Below, piece after piece: positions 10,063-20,948 of a stretch of DNA of 29,485 nt. Source of the DNA: Octopus sinensis. Its lineage: Eukaryota. The stretch spans positions 1-29,485 of the forward strand of contig NW_021833194.1 in assembly GCF_006345805.1 (NCBI RefSeq). The letters run 5' to 3'. The translations under genes were made by a program, and so were the position numbers. Under the pieces are notes generated by a model that did not search any database, had not been told where the DNA came from, and saw only the letters and a list, made by a program, of their open reading frames with translations. Numbering within the stretch: the first letter of the stretch is position 1; the number at the start of each line of letters is the position of its first letter.

Positions 10063-10072
10063 ATACAATAAT

Positions 10073-10473
10073 TATTTCTACCTTAGGTACAAGGCCTTGA
10101 AAATTTGGTGGAAAGGGGGCTAGTCAATTGCATCGACCCCAGTGCGCAACTAGTACTTAATTTATCGACCCTGAAAGGATGAAAGGCAAAGTCGACCTCG
10201 GAGGAATTTGAACTCAGAACATAGCGGTAGACGAAATACCTATTTCTTTACTACTCACAAGGGGCTAACCACAGAGAGGACAAACAAGGACAGACAAACG
10301 GATTAAGTCGATTAGATCAACCCTAGTACACAACTAGCACTTAATTTGTCGACCCCGAAAGGATGAAAGACTAAGTCGACCTCGGCGGAATTTGAACTCA
10401 GAACGTAGCGCTAGACGAAATACTGCTGAGCATTTCGCCCGGCGTGCTAACGATTCGGCCAGCTCTCCGCCTT
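10073..10473 (-). mobile_element. Two-module Meta-like SINE with 18-bp TSD
   Basis: GCTGCCTTATACAATAAT at 10055-10072 and 10474-10491; modules 184 nt apart (10210, 10394). Confidence 0.85.
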
Positions 10474-10779
10474 GCTGCCTTATACAATAATATTAATGGT
10501 TCCAAATTTTGGCACGAAGCCTGCAATCTCGCCACCTTGAGTATGAAGATTAACATGCAATGTGGTTTGTAGTTTGATCCAGTGTGATTGTAGTGGTGTG
10601 ATGTAATGCAGTGCACTGTGGGAGCCCAATATGATGTAGTGTGGTTGTATAATCGTAGTGTTATGGTGGTGGTAATGTAGTGCAGTGTGGTGGAGTGAGT
10701 TTGTAGGTGTGGTTGTAGTATAGTGAGAATGGCTATAATGGGATAGTGTTGTGTTGTTGATGCTGGTGCGTTTTATATT

Positions 10780-10935
10780 TTCGTTGTGGTTGTTGTCATG
10801 GAAACTACAGCAACACCATCAGCGGTAGTAGTAGTAGTAGTAGATAAAGTACTAGTAATAGGAGTAGTAGTAGATATAGTAGCAGTGGTAGTAGTAGGAG
10901 TAGTAGAAATAGAAGTTGCAGTAATAGTAATAGTC

Positions 10936-10986
<51 letters not shown>

Positions 10987-12530
10987 GTTGTTGTAGTAGT
11001 TGTTGTAATAGTAGCAAAAAAAGTAGTGCTAGTTGTAGTTAATGCTGTCTTTATTGTTAGTGTTGTTGCTGTTATGGTAGTAGTAGTAGTTGTAGTAGTA
11101 GTAGTAGTTGTTGTTGTTGTTGCTGTTGCTGTTGGTACTTTTGCTGTAGTTGTTGCTTTTATTATTGTTGTTTTAGTTACTGTCGATGTTGTTGCTATTG
11201 TTGGTGTAGTAGTAACAGCAGCAACAGTAGCAGCTGCAGTAATAGTAGTAGTAGTAGTAGTAGTAATAGTGGTGGTGGTGGTGATAGTAGTAGTAGTAGT
11301 AGTTGTTGCTTTTGTTATGTCTCTTTTAGGTTACTGTTGATGTTGTTGCTATTGTAACAGTAATAGTAGTAGTGCTGGTGGTGGTGGTGGTGGTGGTAGT
11401 GGTGGTAGTGGTGGCGGTGATGATGATGGTGGTGGTGCCGGTGGTGGTGGTGGCGGTAGTAGATTGAAGTTTGTCATCACTCACCTTTTGAATGGTATAT
11501 TCCATGGCAGTTGAACCTCTTCGAAGAATATAAACAGAACACAGCTGCCACGACACAACCCATTCTCATTGCCCCAATGAGAATGGGTTGTGTCTGTCTG
11601 ACAGTTATTGTGTGGGTGGTAGTGGTGGTGGTGGTGGTGGTGGTGGTGGTGGTGGTGGTGGTGGTGGTGGCGGTGGCGGTGTTGGGAGGGTGACGCAGGG
11701 AGGGTGGTTGTAGTTTACATGGAATTGTTGCTGGTGATGCTGGTGGCGGTGATGGTGGTGGTGGTAGTACAGATGGTACTGGTGGTGGTGGTGGTGGTGA
11801 TGGTGGTGGTGGTGGTGGTGGTGGTGGTAGTACAGATGGTACTGGTGGTGGTGGTAGTTGTACAGCTGGTATTGGTGGTGGTGGTGGTGGTGATATATTA
11901 GGGGAGGTAATTGTAGTATTGGTAGTGGTAGTGATCGTCGGGAAGGAGGTAGTAGTTACGATGATGGTAGTGGTGGCAGTGGTGGTGGTAGTATTGGGGA
12001 TGATGGTGGTAGTGAGAATGGTGGAGGGTAGTGGTTATAGCGATGATGATGGTGGTGGTAGTGGTGGTGATGGTGGTGCAGGGGTAATGGTTGTGGTGGT
12101 AGTATTGGTGATGATTGTGGTTGTGGGAGTGGAGGAGAGATAGTAGTTATAGCAATGGTGGTAGTGGTGGTGGTGTTGGTGGTAGTGGTGCAGGGGTGAT
12201 GGTTGTGGTGATGGTAGTGGTGGTAGTTCTGACGTAGTAGTAATAACTGTGGTGGTGTTAGTGATGGTTGTGGTGGTAGTGTTAGTGGTAACATTTATGG
12301 TGGTGGAGATAGAATAGGTTATGATAGAAGAGGAGGTAGTAGTTATGGTGATGGTTGTAGTACTAATAGCGATCGTATGGTCGTGGAAGGCATGGCTGTG
12401 GTGGTGGTAGAGGTAGTGGTGGTGGGGGTAGTGGTGGTGGGGGTAGTGGTGGTGGTAGTGGTGGTGGGGGTGGTAGTACTACGGTGATGGTGATGGTGAG
12501 CATGGTGGTAGTGATGGTGATAATGGCAGT
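10780..12530. repeat. Degenerate (GTA)/(GTT)/(GTG) trinucleotide field with one short unique island at ~11465-11610
   Basis: Direct reading; source of the poly-Val/poly-Thr ORFs. Confidence 0.9.
11485..11505 (-). other. Candidate start-codon exon segment (MEYTIQK)
   Basis: Minus strand GCC-ATG-G context at 11505, seven codons, then AAG|GTGAGT donor at 11485/11484. No downstream exon identified. Confidence 0.3.
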
Positions 12531-13074
12531 AAGATGATGATATTGGTGATGAGAGAGAGCGAAAGAGGGAGAGAGAGAGAGAGAGAGAGAGCGAGAGAAG
12601 GAAAGAGAGCAAAAGAGAGCAAGAGTGAGAGAGAGAGAGAGAGCAAGAGAAAGTGAGAGCGGAATGGAGGAGCGGTGAGGGTGACTCAAATCAAGTTTAA
12701 TCCGACTGTTATTACATACACATCAAAAGTACGCGCATTGACAATTATATTGAACATCTTGCATTTCCACACACACACGTACACATACACACACATGCAC
12801 ACACACACATATACACACATACGTATGTACGTGTGTATGTGCGTACACACAAATGCCATCATTTTTCAAAGATTTGTTTCTGGAAACCAAATAATGTCAC
12901 TTGATGCATTTAATAGACATGCTTGGTGTAGTTTTTAGTGCCTTGACCCGTTTGCCCATCGTGCTAATGAGTCGTGTCCGCACAAATAAGACGGTGTAAT
13001 GAGGCGTGCCTCTTTCCTTTGGAGATGTCTGTATAACAATCCATCCATCCATCCATCCATCCATCCAGCTATTC

Positions 13075-13108
<34 letters not shown>

Positions 13109-13132
13109 AAATGATACAAATCTATAGAACAC

Positions 13133-13237
<105 letters not shown>

Positions 13238-13240
13238 TAT

Positions 13241-13432
13241 ACCGGTGATTGTCGTGCACTGATGACGGGTCAATACCCAGAAACTGCAGTCCGTGCGTAT
13301 CACTTAGGTTGACGAGGGAAGGATGACCTCCCTTTGCAAATACCGATAGGGCACAGAAAGTGTGCCTATAGCCAGCTGGAGGAGATGTTCTCCTGGGGCT
13401 ACAAGCTACAGTAACATCCACCCTTAGTGGTT
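13241..13432 (+). mobile_element. ~190-nt hammerhead-bearing structured element, copy 1 (retrozyme-like or Penelope terminal repeat)
   Basis: About 85% identical by hand alignment to 20758-20948 (-); flanked by (TA)n on both sides. Confidence 0.8.
13245..13303 (+). ncRNA. Type I hammerhead ribozyme
   Basis: CTGATGA 13259-13265; stem II GGGT-CAAT-ACCC 13267-13278; GAAA 13280-13283; palindromic ACTGCAGT 13283-13290; GUC cleavage after C13291; stem I CGTGC/GTGCG plus distal GTGAT/ATCAC. Confidence 0.75.
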
Positions 13433-13827
13433 TTATATATATATATATTTATAGATATTATTGACTGCTATGAACATTCAAACTTACACCTTCTGTTTTG
13501 AACATATTAATTTATCAACATTGAAATATTTTAATTTGTCAACATTGAAACTTTAAAAGATGTTTTTCTAATTTTAAACTTTTACCATTGATAAACAAAA
13601 AAAAATATTGTTGAATCTAGTTTGGTATATATGTAAATAAATGTATTTTAAACGTTTACGAGTTTTTAAAATTTAGGTGCATTTTCAATAACACATTTTC
13701 CTATATATATATACTATGTATATTTTAAAATATGATATAAAATACCTAATTTTATGTAAATTATTGCAAATTATAGACAATTGCGGACTAAGTCAGAAAA
13801 GTATGAAAGATCCTATACCAGTACGCA

Positions 13828-13846
13828 TGTCTGTCTGTCTGTCTGT

Positions 13847-13887
<41 letters not shown>

Positions 13888-13955
13888 TGCCTGCCTGCCT
13901 GCCTGTCTGTCTGCCTGCCTGCCTGCCTGTCTGTCTGTCTGTCTGTCTGTCTGTT
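13828..13955. repeat. (CTGT)n/(CTGC)n microsatellite
   Basis: Direct reading. Confidence 0.95.
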
Positions 13956-15413
13956 AATATATATCTAATTATGCAAGTATATATATACATGTGTACAATG
14001 CTTATAATGTATTACACAAATATGTGTATATTTGTGTGTATATGCGTGTATGTATATATGTATGTATGTGCACACACACACACACATACACACACACTCT
14101 CTCTCAAACATACAGTCATTGTGTTTCAAAAACCTGATTAATAACATCAATAGGGAAAAATAACTTGTCATCGAATTAAGAAATCTTCGATAATTCGACC
14201 TCTACTATAATAAATGACCCCAAAGCTTTGAATTCAAAGATGGGATTATTTATACATCTAACACCCAACCAATCAATGTTATTAACGCTGTAATATTGTT
14301 TAGTTTACATCGCTTTTAGCCTTAATTTTCAAGTCTGATATTTTCAGGAACACCCACGCCGAAAAGAAAAAAAAAAGAAGAAAAAAGACCCCCCCCAAAA
14401 AAAAACAGAAACAAAAACAAAACAAAAATATTTAATAGAAGCAATATGAAAGTAAGTTACAGCTGAACAATGAATATGAAGAATAAAATAATGCGAAGCG
14501 ACTAAATTATTAAAGTTCCCTGTATCTACGTAAAAACAGCCTTGCACTCATATTTAGTCATGTAATGCTGAAGCAATCGTATTTGAAGCTGGAATCACTT
14601 CCACAAAACCTATATATCGAGCGTAATCTTAATCCAGGGATAGTGTTGAATTTAAGCATTTGGACTAAGCTTAAATCGAAATTTGGGTTTTTCGTTCAGA
14701 AATATATATGTGAGAAAAAATTTTTTTCATTCAACTACGTCCGGTATTTTGAAGACTAGGATAATGAGGTCAGTGTCAAAGATCCTTGAAAGAGTCAGGT
14801 CAAACGTGAATCAAAGGAAAGAGTTTCATCTTCAAAAAAAGAAGAGTTTTATTCCCAAAACTCTTCAATCAATCTAAGAAGTAAATATGCAATACACATT
14901 CACGCACACACAGACACTCCCACATCCACCCACACCCACCCATCCAATACCCACCCACCTAACACATACCCAATTAACACACACACACACATACGCACCC
15001 ACCCACCCAACACACACACACACACATACACACCTGCACGCACACACATACATGTACATGCACGCACATAATTATGCGAAATGGACTTCTCAATCATACG
15101 GCCATGCCTGTGTGTACATGTACGTATGTATGTCAGTATTGTGTGTGTGTGTGTGTGCGTACGCATGCGTGGTTGTCTGCAAGAGTATGTAACATGTGTA
15201 TAGGTGTATTAACTTTAAGTGCACTATTAGCCTTTTTTTTTATAAATAAACATCTATTATATAAAGTAAGAAAATAGTATACGTACTTAGATTTAAATTA
15301 CTCCCTCTAAGCCAATTAATAAATTAACCAACGTTGACTACGGATGCTGTTTTATGTAAATTATACTAACTAGTTTAACTGAGTCTTAGTTTGCTTATCT
15401 TATAAATAGCTAC

Positions 15414-15797
15414 GGAGGCGCAATGGCCCAGTGGTTAGGGCACCGGACTCGCGGTCATAGGATTGCGGTTTCGATTCCCAGACCGGGCGTTGTGAGTGTT
15501 TATTGAGCGAAAACACCTAAAAGCTCCACGAGGCTCCGGCAGGGGATGGTGGTGATCCCTGCTGTACTCTTTCACCACAACTTTCTCTCACTCTTACTTC
15601 TTGTTTCTGTTGTACCTATATTTCAAGGGACCGGCCTTGTCACCCTCTGCGTCACGCTGAATATCCCCCGAGAACTACGTTAAGGGTACACGTGTCTGTG
15701 GAGTGTTCAGCCACTTACACGTTAATTTCACGAGCAGGCTGTTCCGTTGATTCGGATCAACCGGAACCCTCATCGTCGTAACCGACGGAGTGCTTCC
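15414..15797 (+). mobile_element. Full-length tRNA-derived SINE with 10-bp TSD
   Basis: A box TGGCCCAGTGG 15424-15434, B-box-like GGTTTCGATTCC 15467-15478; AAATAGCTAC at 15404-15413 and 15798-15807. Confidence 0.9.
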
Positions 15798-16329
15798 AAA
15801 TAGCTACAGGTTTCTAAGTCTGTGGCCAGAATATGGTAGCCTTTCTTTGATGAAGGATCTAAGAAAACTAACAACGTTAGCTTAGTTCGTCTTTCTTTTA
15901 CCCACAGTGAGATAAAAGTACCCAAGGTGTGACTATTTTGGTTACATTTCACAGCGAAGCTAAAAGTATGTTTAGTACAAAGGTATAGTTTTGTATTTGT
16001 GCGTGTGTGATGTGTATTTATATATGCATACACGTGTGTGGGTGTGTGAGATGTGCGTGTATTTGTATCTGTACGTATGTAATATATATGTGTGTGTGTG
16101 TATCACATATAAATATATATATATTTATATGTATGTATATATAAGTGTGTATATAACTGTGTCTATTTTTATATATGCATGTATATAATATAATTGCTGC
16201 AGTATGACCACAGCCTTAGGGCTCAAGTGTGTAATAGAATAAAAGTAAAAAGAATATATATATATATGGAAAGATAGATAGACCGATTATATACATATGC
16301 ATACTTAAACAAACATACGCGCACACACA

Positions 16330-16332
16330 TAC

Positions 16333-16416
<84 letters not shown>

Positions 16417-16577
16417 TTTATTTATTTATTTATTTTTTTTGTTCTTTTCTTCCCTTTTACGATCTCTCTTGATCGAAAACCTACGTCACCCCTTTTTTTT
16501 TTCCATCCCCCAAAAGAAAAGCTCTACCTTGTAACTTGTCCCATCTGTGTGCAGCCCTGTGTGGCCAATAAAGAAAC

Positions 16578-16656
<79 letters not shown>

Positions 16657-16870
16657 CACAAACATATACACTTATACACACACACATACACACACGTATA
16701 CACTCACACATACACACACACATTCTCACACGTACACACACACACACACATTCTCACACGTACACACACATACACACACACAGGCACACACACACACACA
16801 CACACACGCACACACACATACACACACACATACATACACACTCACAGGTACACACGCACACACACACATT
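16330..16870. repeat. (CTAT)n and (CA)n arrays around a short repeat 3'-end fragment at ~16500-16580
   Basis: Direct reading. Confidence 0.85.
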
Positions 16871-17169
16871 CCAACGTCGGGGTTGACTACATGTAAAGAA
16901 TAAAGCATCGGAAACGTGCGTCTAAGTATATGTGACATGGAGTCACAGGGGGAGGAAAGGAGTGACAGTAATGACAGGTGACACCTTATATCTATCTACT
17001 CTGCTGCTCCTCCTTCAATATACCATTATCAATGACAACACCCACGCCTCTCCGCCCTCTTCTGTTGAGAGTCTTTTTTTTTTGTGTGTTTTGGAAAATT
17101 TTAAAATTCCTATTTAAACATTTTGTTTGTCTTTTAAAATATGTTCCTCGCTTTTCAGTTCTTATTTAC

Positions 17170-17205
17170 ACCACCACCACCACCACCACCACCACCACCA
17201 CCACC

Positions 17206-17253
<48 letters not shown>

Positions 17254-17597
17254 GTTAGAAATGCATGTATCGTCATCACAGCCCATCATCATCATCATCA
17301 TAGTCGTCGTCATCATCGTCATCGTCATTGCCATCATTGTTGTAGTCATCGTCATCATCATCATCATCGTCGTCGATGTCGTCCTCTTCCTCCTTCTTCT
17401 CCTCCTCCTCTTCTTCCTCCTCCTCCTCCTCCTCTTCATCTTCATCATCATCCGTGCCATTACAATTACAATCATAATCATGATCGTCACTATGATCGTC
17501 ATCACATTGTCATCAGTATATAACATCGTTGTATATAGTGGATGTCATTATCGTGTCACCATCATCATCATCATCATCATCGTCATCATCATCATCG

Positions 17598-17629
<32 letters not shown>

Positions 17630-17959
17630 ATCATCATCGTCATTATCATCGTCATCGTCATCATCATCATCATCATCATCGTCATCATCATCATCGTCGT
17701 CGTCATCGTCATCGTCATCGTATCATCATCGTCATCATCATCGTCATTATCATCGTCATCGTCATCATCATCATCATCATCATCATCGTCGTCGTCGTCA
17801 TCATCATCGTCATCATCGTCGTCGTCATCATCATCATCATCGTCATCATCATCGTCGTCATCATCATCATCATCATCATCATCGTCATCGTCATCATCAT
17901 CATCATCATCATCATCATCGTCGTCGTCATCATCATCATCATCATCGTCATCATCATCG

Positions 17960-18003
<44 letters not shown>

Positions 18004-18071
18004 GTCGTCGTCATCATCGTCGTCGTCATCATCATCATCATCATCATTCTCATCATCATCCTCCTCATCAA

Positions 18072-18108
<37 letters not shown>

Positions 18109-18190
18109 GTCGTCATCATCATCATCATCTCCTGTCATCACTGCCACCACTATTATCGTCTGTCATTACTTTAGATCTCACGTCCCCAGC
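17170..18190. repeat. (CAC)n, (TAC)n, (CCT)n and ~900-bp (CAT/CGT)n arrays
   Basis: Direct reading; source of the poly-Ser/His/Asp/Ile ORFs. Confidence 0.95.
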
Positions 18191-18803
18191 GTCAACAATC
18201 ATCGACTATCATAGTCATCTCCCAACATCGCCATCATCGTGTGTCGTTATTTCATCTACTTGAAACGCAAATCATTATCGCATATATTTGCATGAGTGAG
18301 CGAACGAGCGAGAGAGGGAGAAAGAGAGAAAGAGAGAGAGAGAGAGAAAAGAAAGAGAGAGAGAGAGAGAGAGGATGCAATCAGAATGTAAATCTTGAAA
18401 TGTTTATTTCTTGTCCAAGTACATCAATAATAATGTAAGCACTTGATGATAATATAAACATTAGAGATACGGAGAGGGTTGCCTCGTCCTCAGGAACATC
18501 TATTTCACTCAAGTACGAAGCACCAATATTTATATAACGGAATTGGTGGAAGGGTTCTTTTTTTTTTTTTGTTATAAGAAGATGAGGACTAGTTTTAAAA
18601 GCATCCCGAAAGCAGGGAAATTCGTGAAAAGAAAGTCATGTCTGTATTATATGTAACAACAAAATACTCAACGTGTCTTGACGTTTTTAGATAACGTATA
18701 TCCTTGCATTGTTTTTCGTAAAACCTTAGTATAGGTCTTAGTATATGTCTTTGTTTGCACTAGTAAAGAGTCCTGGTCGTCATAACAAAGAATTATTATT
18801 ATA

Positions 18804-18945
18804 AAGGCGGCGAGCTGGTTTTGTGTTCAAATTCCAGCGAGGTCGACTTTACCTTTCATCCTTTCGGGGTCGATAAATTAAATACTAGTAATCGACTAGT
18901 CCACTCCCCACAAATTTGAGGCCTTGTGCCTTCAGCAGAAAGGGC

Positions 18946-18989
<44 letters not shown>
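18804..18989 (+). mobile_element. Internally deleted Meta-like SINE with (ATT)n tail
   Basis: AAGGCGGCGAGCTGG head joined to GTTCAAATTCC and GTCGACTTTACCTTTCATCCTTTCGGGGTCGATAAA. Confidence 0.8.
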
Positions 18990-18990
<1 letters not shown>

Positions 18991-19459
18991 ATATTTTCCA
19001 GATATCCCCGGTCGGACAGTATGCTACCAGGGGTTGAGCATTGTAGGTTTGCGATTGAACATTGTAGGTAGCGATTTTCTTCACTACTTCAGGGAGTGAC
19101 GACCCTGCCTGACACGAGTCCAGGGCTCAGTTGGCTCCGGCTGACAGTACCCTGTATGGGCCCCTATCCAGGTTTACGGAAAGGAGACAGCCATCAAAGA
19201 AATCCGGAGTGGAGCCCCGTAGGCAGTTTAGTGTTCGACTTGACACTCTTCCGGCAGCTCCTGCAACCAAGCTGGTGCCAAATGTAATGCTCTGCACTCC
19301 TTTGGACTACGTCAGCAAGGTCGAGAGAGAAATCCTGACGACTTTTCTTACGTCAAGCCCGGGCCTGCGCAGAACTGGAGAGGACATGAAATGTAAAAAC
19401 CAGACTGGATTAGTTTATGCGCAACTCCATTGTCTCCCAAGAAAAAAGGATGCCAACAA
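18990..19459 (+). mobile_element. Probable RTE-derived non-autonomous retroposon (5' UTR-like body, short 3' end)
   Basis: First 71 nt recur at 20084-20154. GGCAGCTCCTGCAACCAAGCTGGTGCCAAA..CCTTTGGACTACGTCAGCAAGG resembles RTE 5' UTRs as I recall them; family not verified. Confidence 0.5.
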
Positions 19460-19494
19460 TTATTACTTTCGTCTTCATCATCATTATTATTACT

Positions 19495-19762
19495 GAAGGC
19501 AGCGAGCTAGCAGAATCGTTAGCACGCCGGACGAAATGTTTAGCGGTATTTCGTTCGTTTTCACGTTCTGGTTCAATTTCCACCAAGATCGACATTGTTT
19601 TTCATCTTTTTGGGGTTAATGAAATAAATATTAATCAAATAATGAGATCGATGTAATCGACTAGCCCCTGTCTCAAAAACGATCGGCTTTGTGCCAAAAG
19701 TTGAAATAACTTTCATCATCATCATCATCATCATCATTATTACTATCATTATCATTATTACT
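19495..19762 (+). mobile_element. Meta-like SINE, diverged
   Basis: GGCAGCGAGCTAGCAGAATCGTTAGCACGCCGG head, body, (CAT/ATT)n tail. Confidence 0.8.
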
Positions 19763-19770
19763 ATTTTTAT

Positions 19771-20083
19771 AAAAGCGACAAGCAGGCAGAATCGTTAGCA
19801 CCGCTGACAAAAAGCTTAGCGGCATTTAGTCCGTCTTTACGTTCTGAGTTCAAATTCCGCCGAGTTCGACTTTGCCTTTCATCTTTTTGGGGTCGATAAA
19901 ATAAATACCAGTTATACACTGGGATCAATCTAATCGGCTATCCCCCTTCCCCCGAATTTCACGCCTTGTGCTTATAGCAGAAAGGATTATTATTATTATC
20001 ATCATCATCATCATCATCATTATTATTATTTGATGTATATTATTATTATTATATTATTATTATTATTATTATTATTATTACTA
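19771..20083 (+). mobile_element. Meta-like SINE
   Basis: GCAGAATCGTTAGC head, GAGTTCAAATTCC, TTCGACTTTGCCTTTCATC body, (ATT)n tail. Confidence 0.85.
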
Positions 20084-20154
20084 CATATTTTCCAGATATC
20101 CCCGGTCAGACAGTGTGCTGCCAGGGGTTGAGCATTGTAGGCTTGCGATTGAAC

Positions 20155-20620
20155 TCCACAGACACGGAAGCACGATCTGCTGTGCCTGTCCGAGATGTGC
20201 GCAGGACAACGAAACTTTTCTGCATGCACGTCTTCAGTGACCGAGCCATGGTGACTCTTGGAGTTATTTGAAATAACTGCCACCGTATGTAAGACAGATA
20301 GGGCTATCAGCCAAGTCTATTATGAAGATTGTTCCGCTGTCTTCTTTGGCCTGGAAAGGAAAGCAGCTTTCGTCTGTCTAGTGGCCTTGGCGAATGATAT
20401 TGCAATGGACAAAACTGAAAAGGCTTAAGACAACCTTTTTTTTGGCCAAACCATCACCAAGGTTTCTTAAAAGTTTTATTTGAGAAAGGAAAATGAGTGT
20501 GGAGAAGGAAGTGCCTCCCAGTAAATTTAATAAAAGGTGAAAGTGGAGCGCATATCCTGCTCTGAGCATGCGCTTGAAGATTGGAGCTGGACAGCTGGTT
20601 GAGGGCGCTGTGCTTTAGTG
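20155..20620 (+). mobile_element. Decayed Tx1/L1-type LINE ORF2 C-terminus (zinc knuckle)
   Basis: From 20187: CPRCAQDNETFLHARLQ*P, i.e. Cx2C..ET..H..(C>stop), typical of the zf-RVT motif; downstream stops and frameshifts. Confidence 0.7.
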
Positions 20621-20757
20621 GCTGAGGTGACCGAAGTTCTTTGTGATATTTCCACGTGCATATCTCCGAAGTTTCTCTTTGATCTTTTGGGTAAATCTTT
20701 CTCTGTTTTGAATATTGCTTTTTCATCGTGACATATATTTGCCATTTAAATATGGCT

Positions 20758-20948
20758 AACCCCTAAGGGTGGACGCTACTGTAGTTTGTAGCCCCAGGAG
20801 GACACCTCCTCCAGCTGGCTTTAGACACACTTTCTGTGCCCTACCAGTATTTGCAAAGGGAAGCCATCCTTCCCGTCTTCAACTTATGATACACGCGGAC
20901 TCGAGTTTCTGGGTATTGACCCGTCATCAGTGTGTGACAATCACAGTT
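20758..20948 (-). mobile_element. ~190-nt hammerhead-bearing structured element, copy 2
   Basis: Reverse complement aligns end to end with 13241-13432. Confidence 0.8.
20886..20944 (-). ncRNA. Type I hammerhead ribozyme
   Basis: Minus strand CTGATGA (20930-20924), GGGT-CAAT-ACCC, GAAA (20909-20906), palindromic ACTCGAGT, GUC cleavage after 20898; stem I partly eroded. Confidence 0.7.

Noticed and set aside
15414-15490. tRNA gene (also 4805-4881)
   Set aside because: A/B boxes present, but no proper cloverleaf; continues into a SINE body with TSDs.
16882-16925. TTGACTA..GAAACGTGCGTC, possible variant hammerhead
   Set aside because: Two core changes, weak stem II and no stem I; cannot be supported without a family consensus.
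18470-18493. Minus-strand CTGAGGA followed by GAGG-CAAC-CCTC hairpin
   Set aside because: GAAA and stem III absent.
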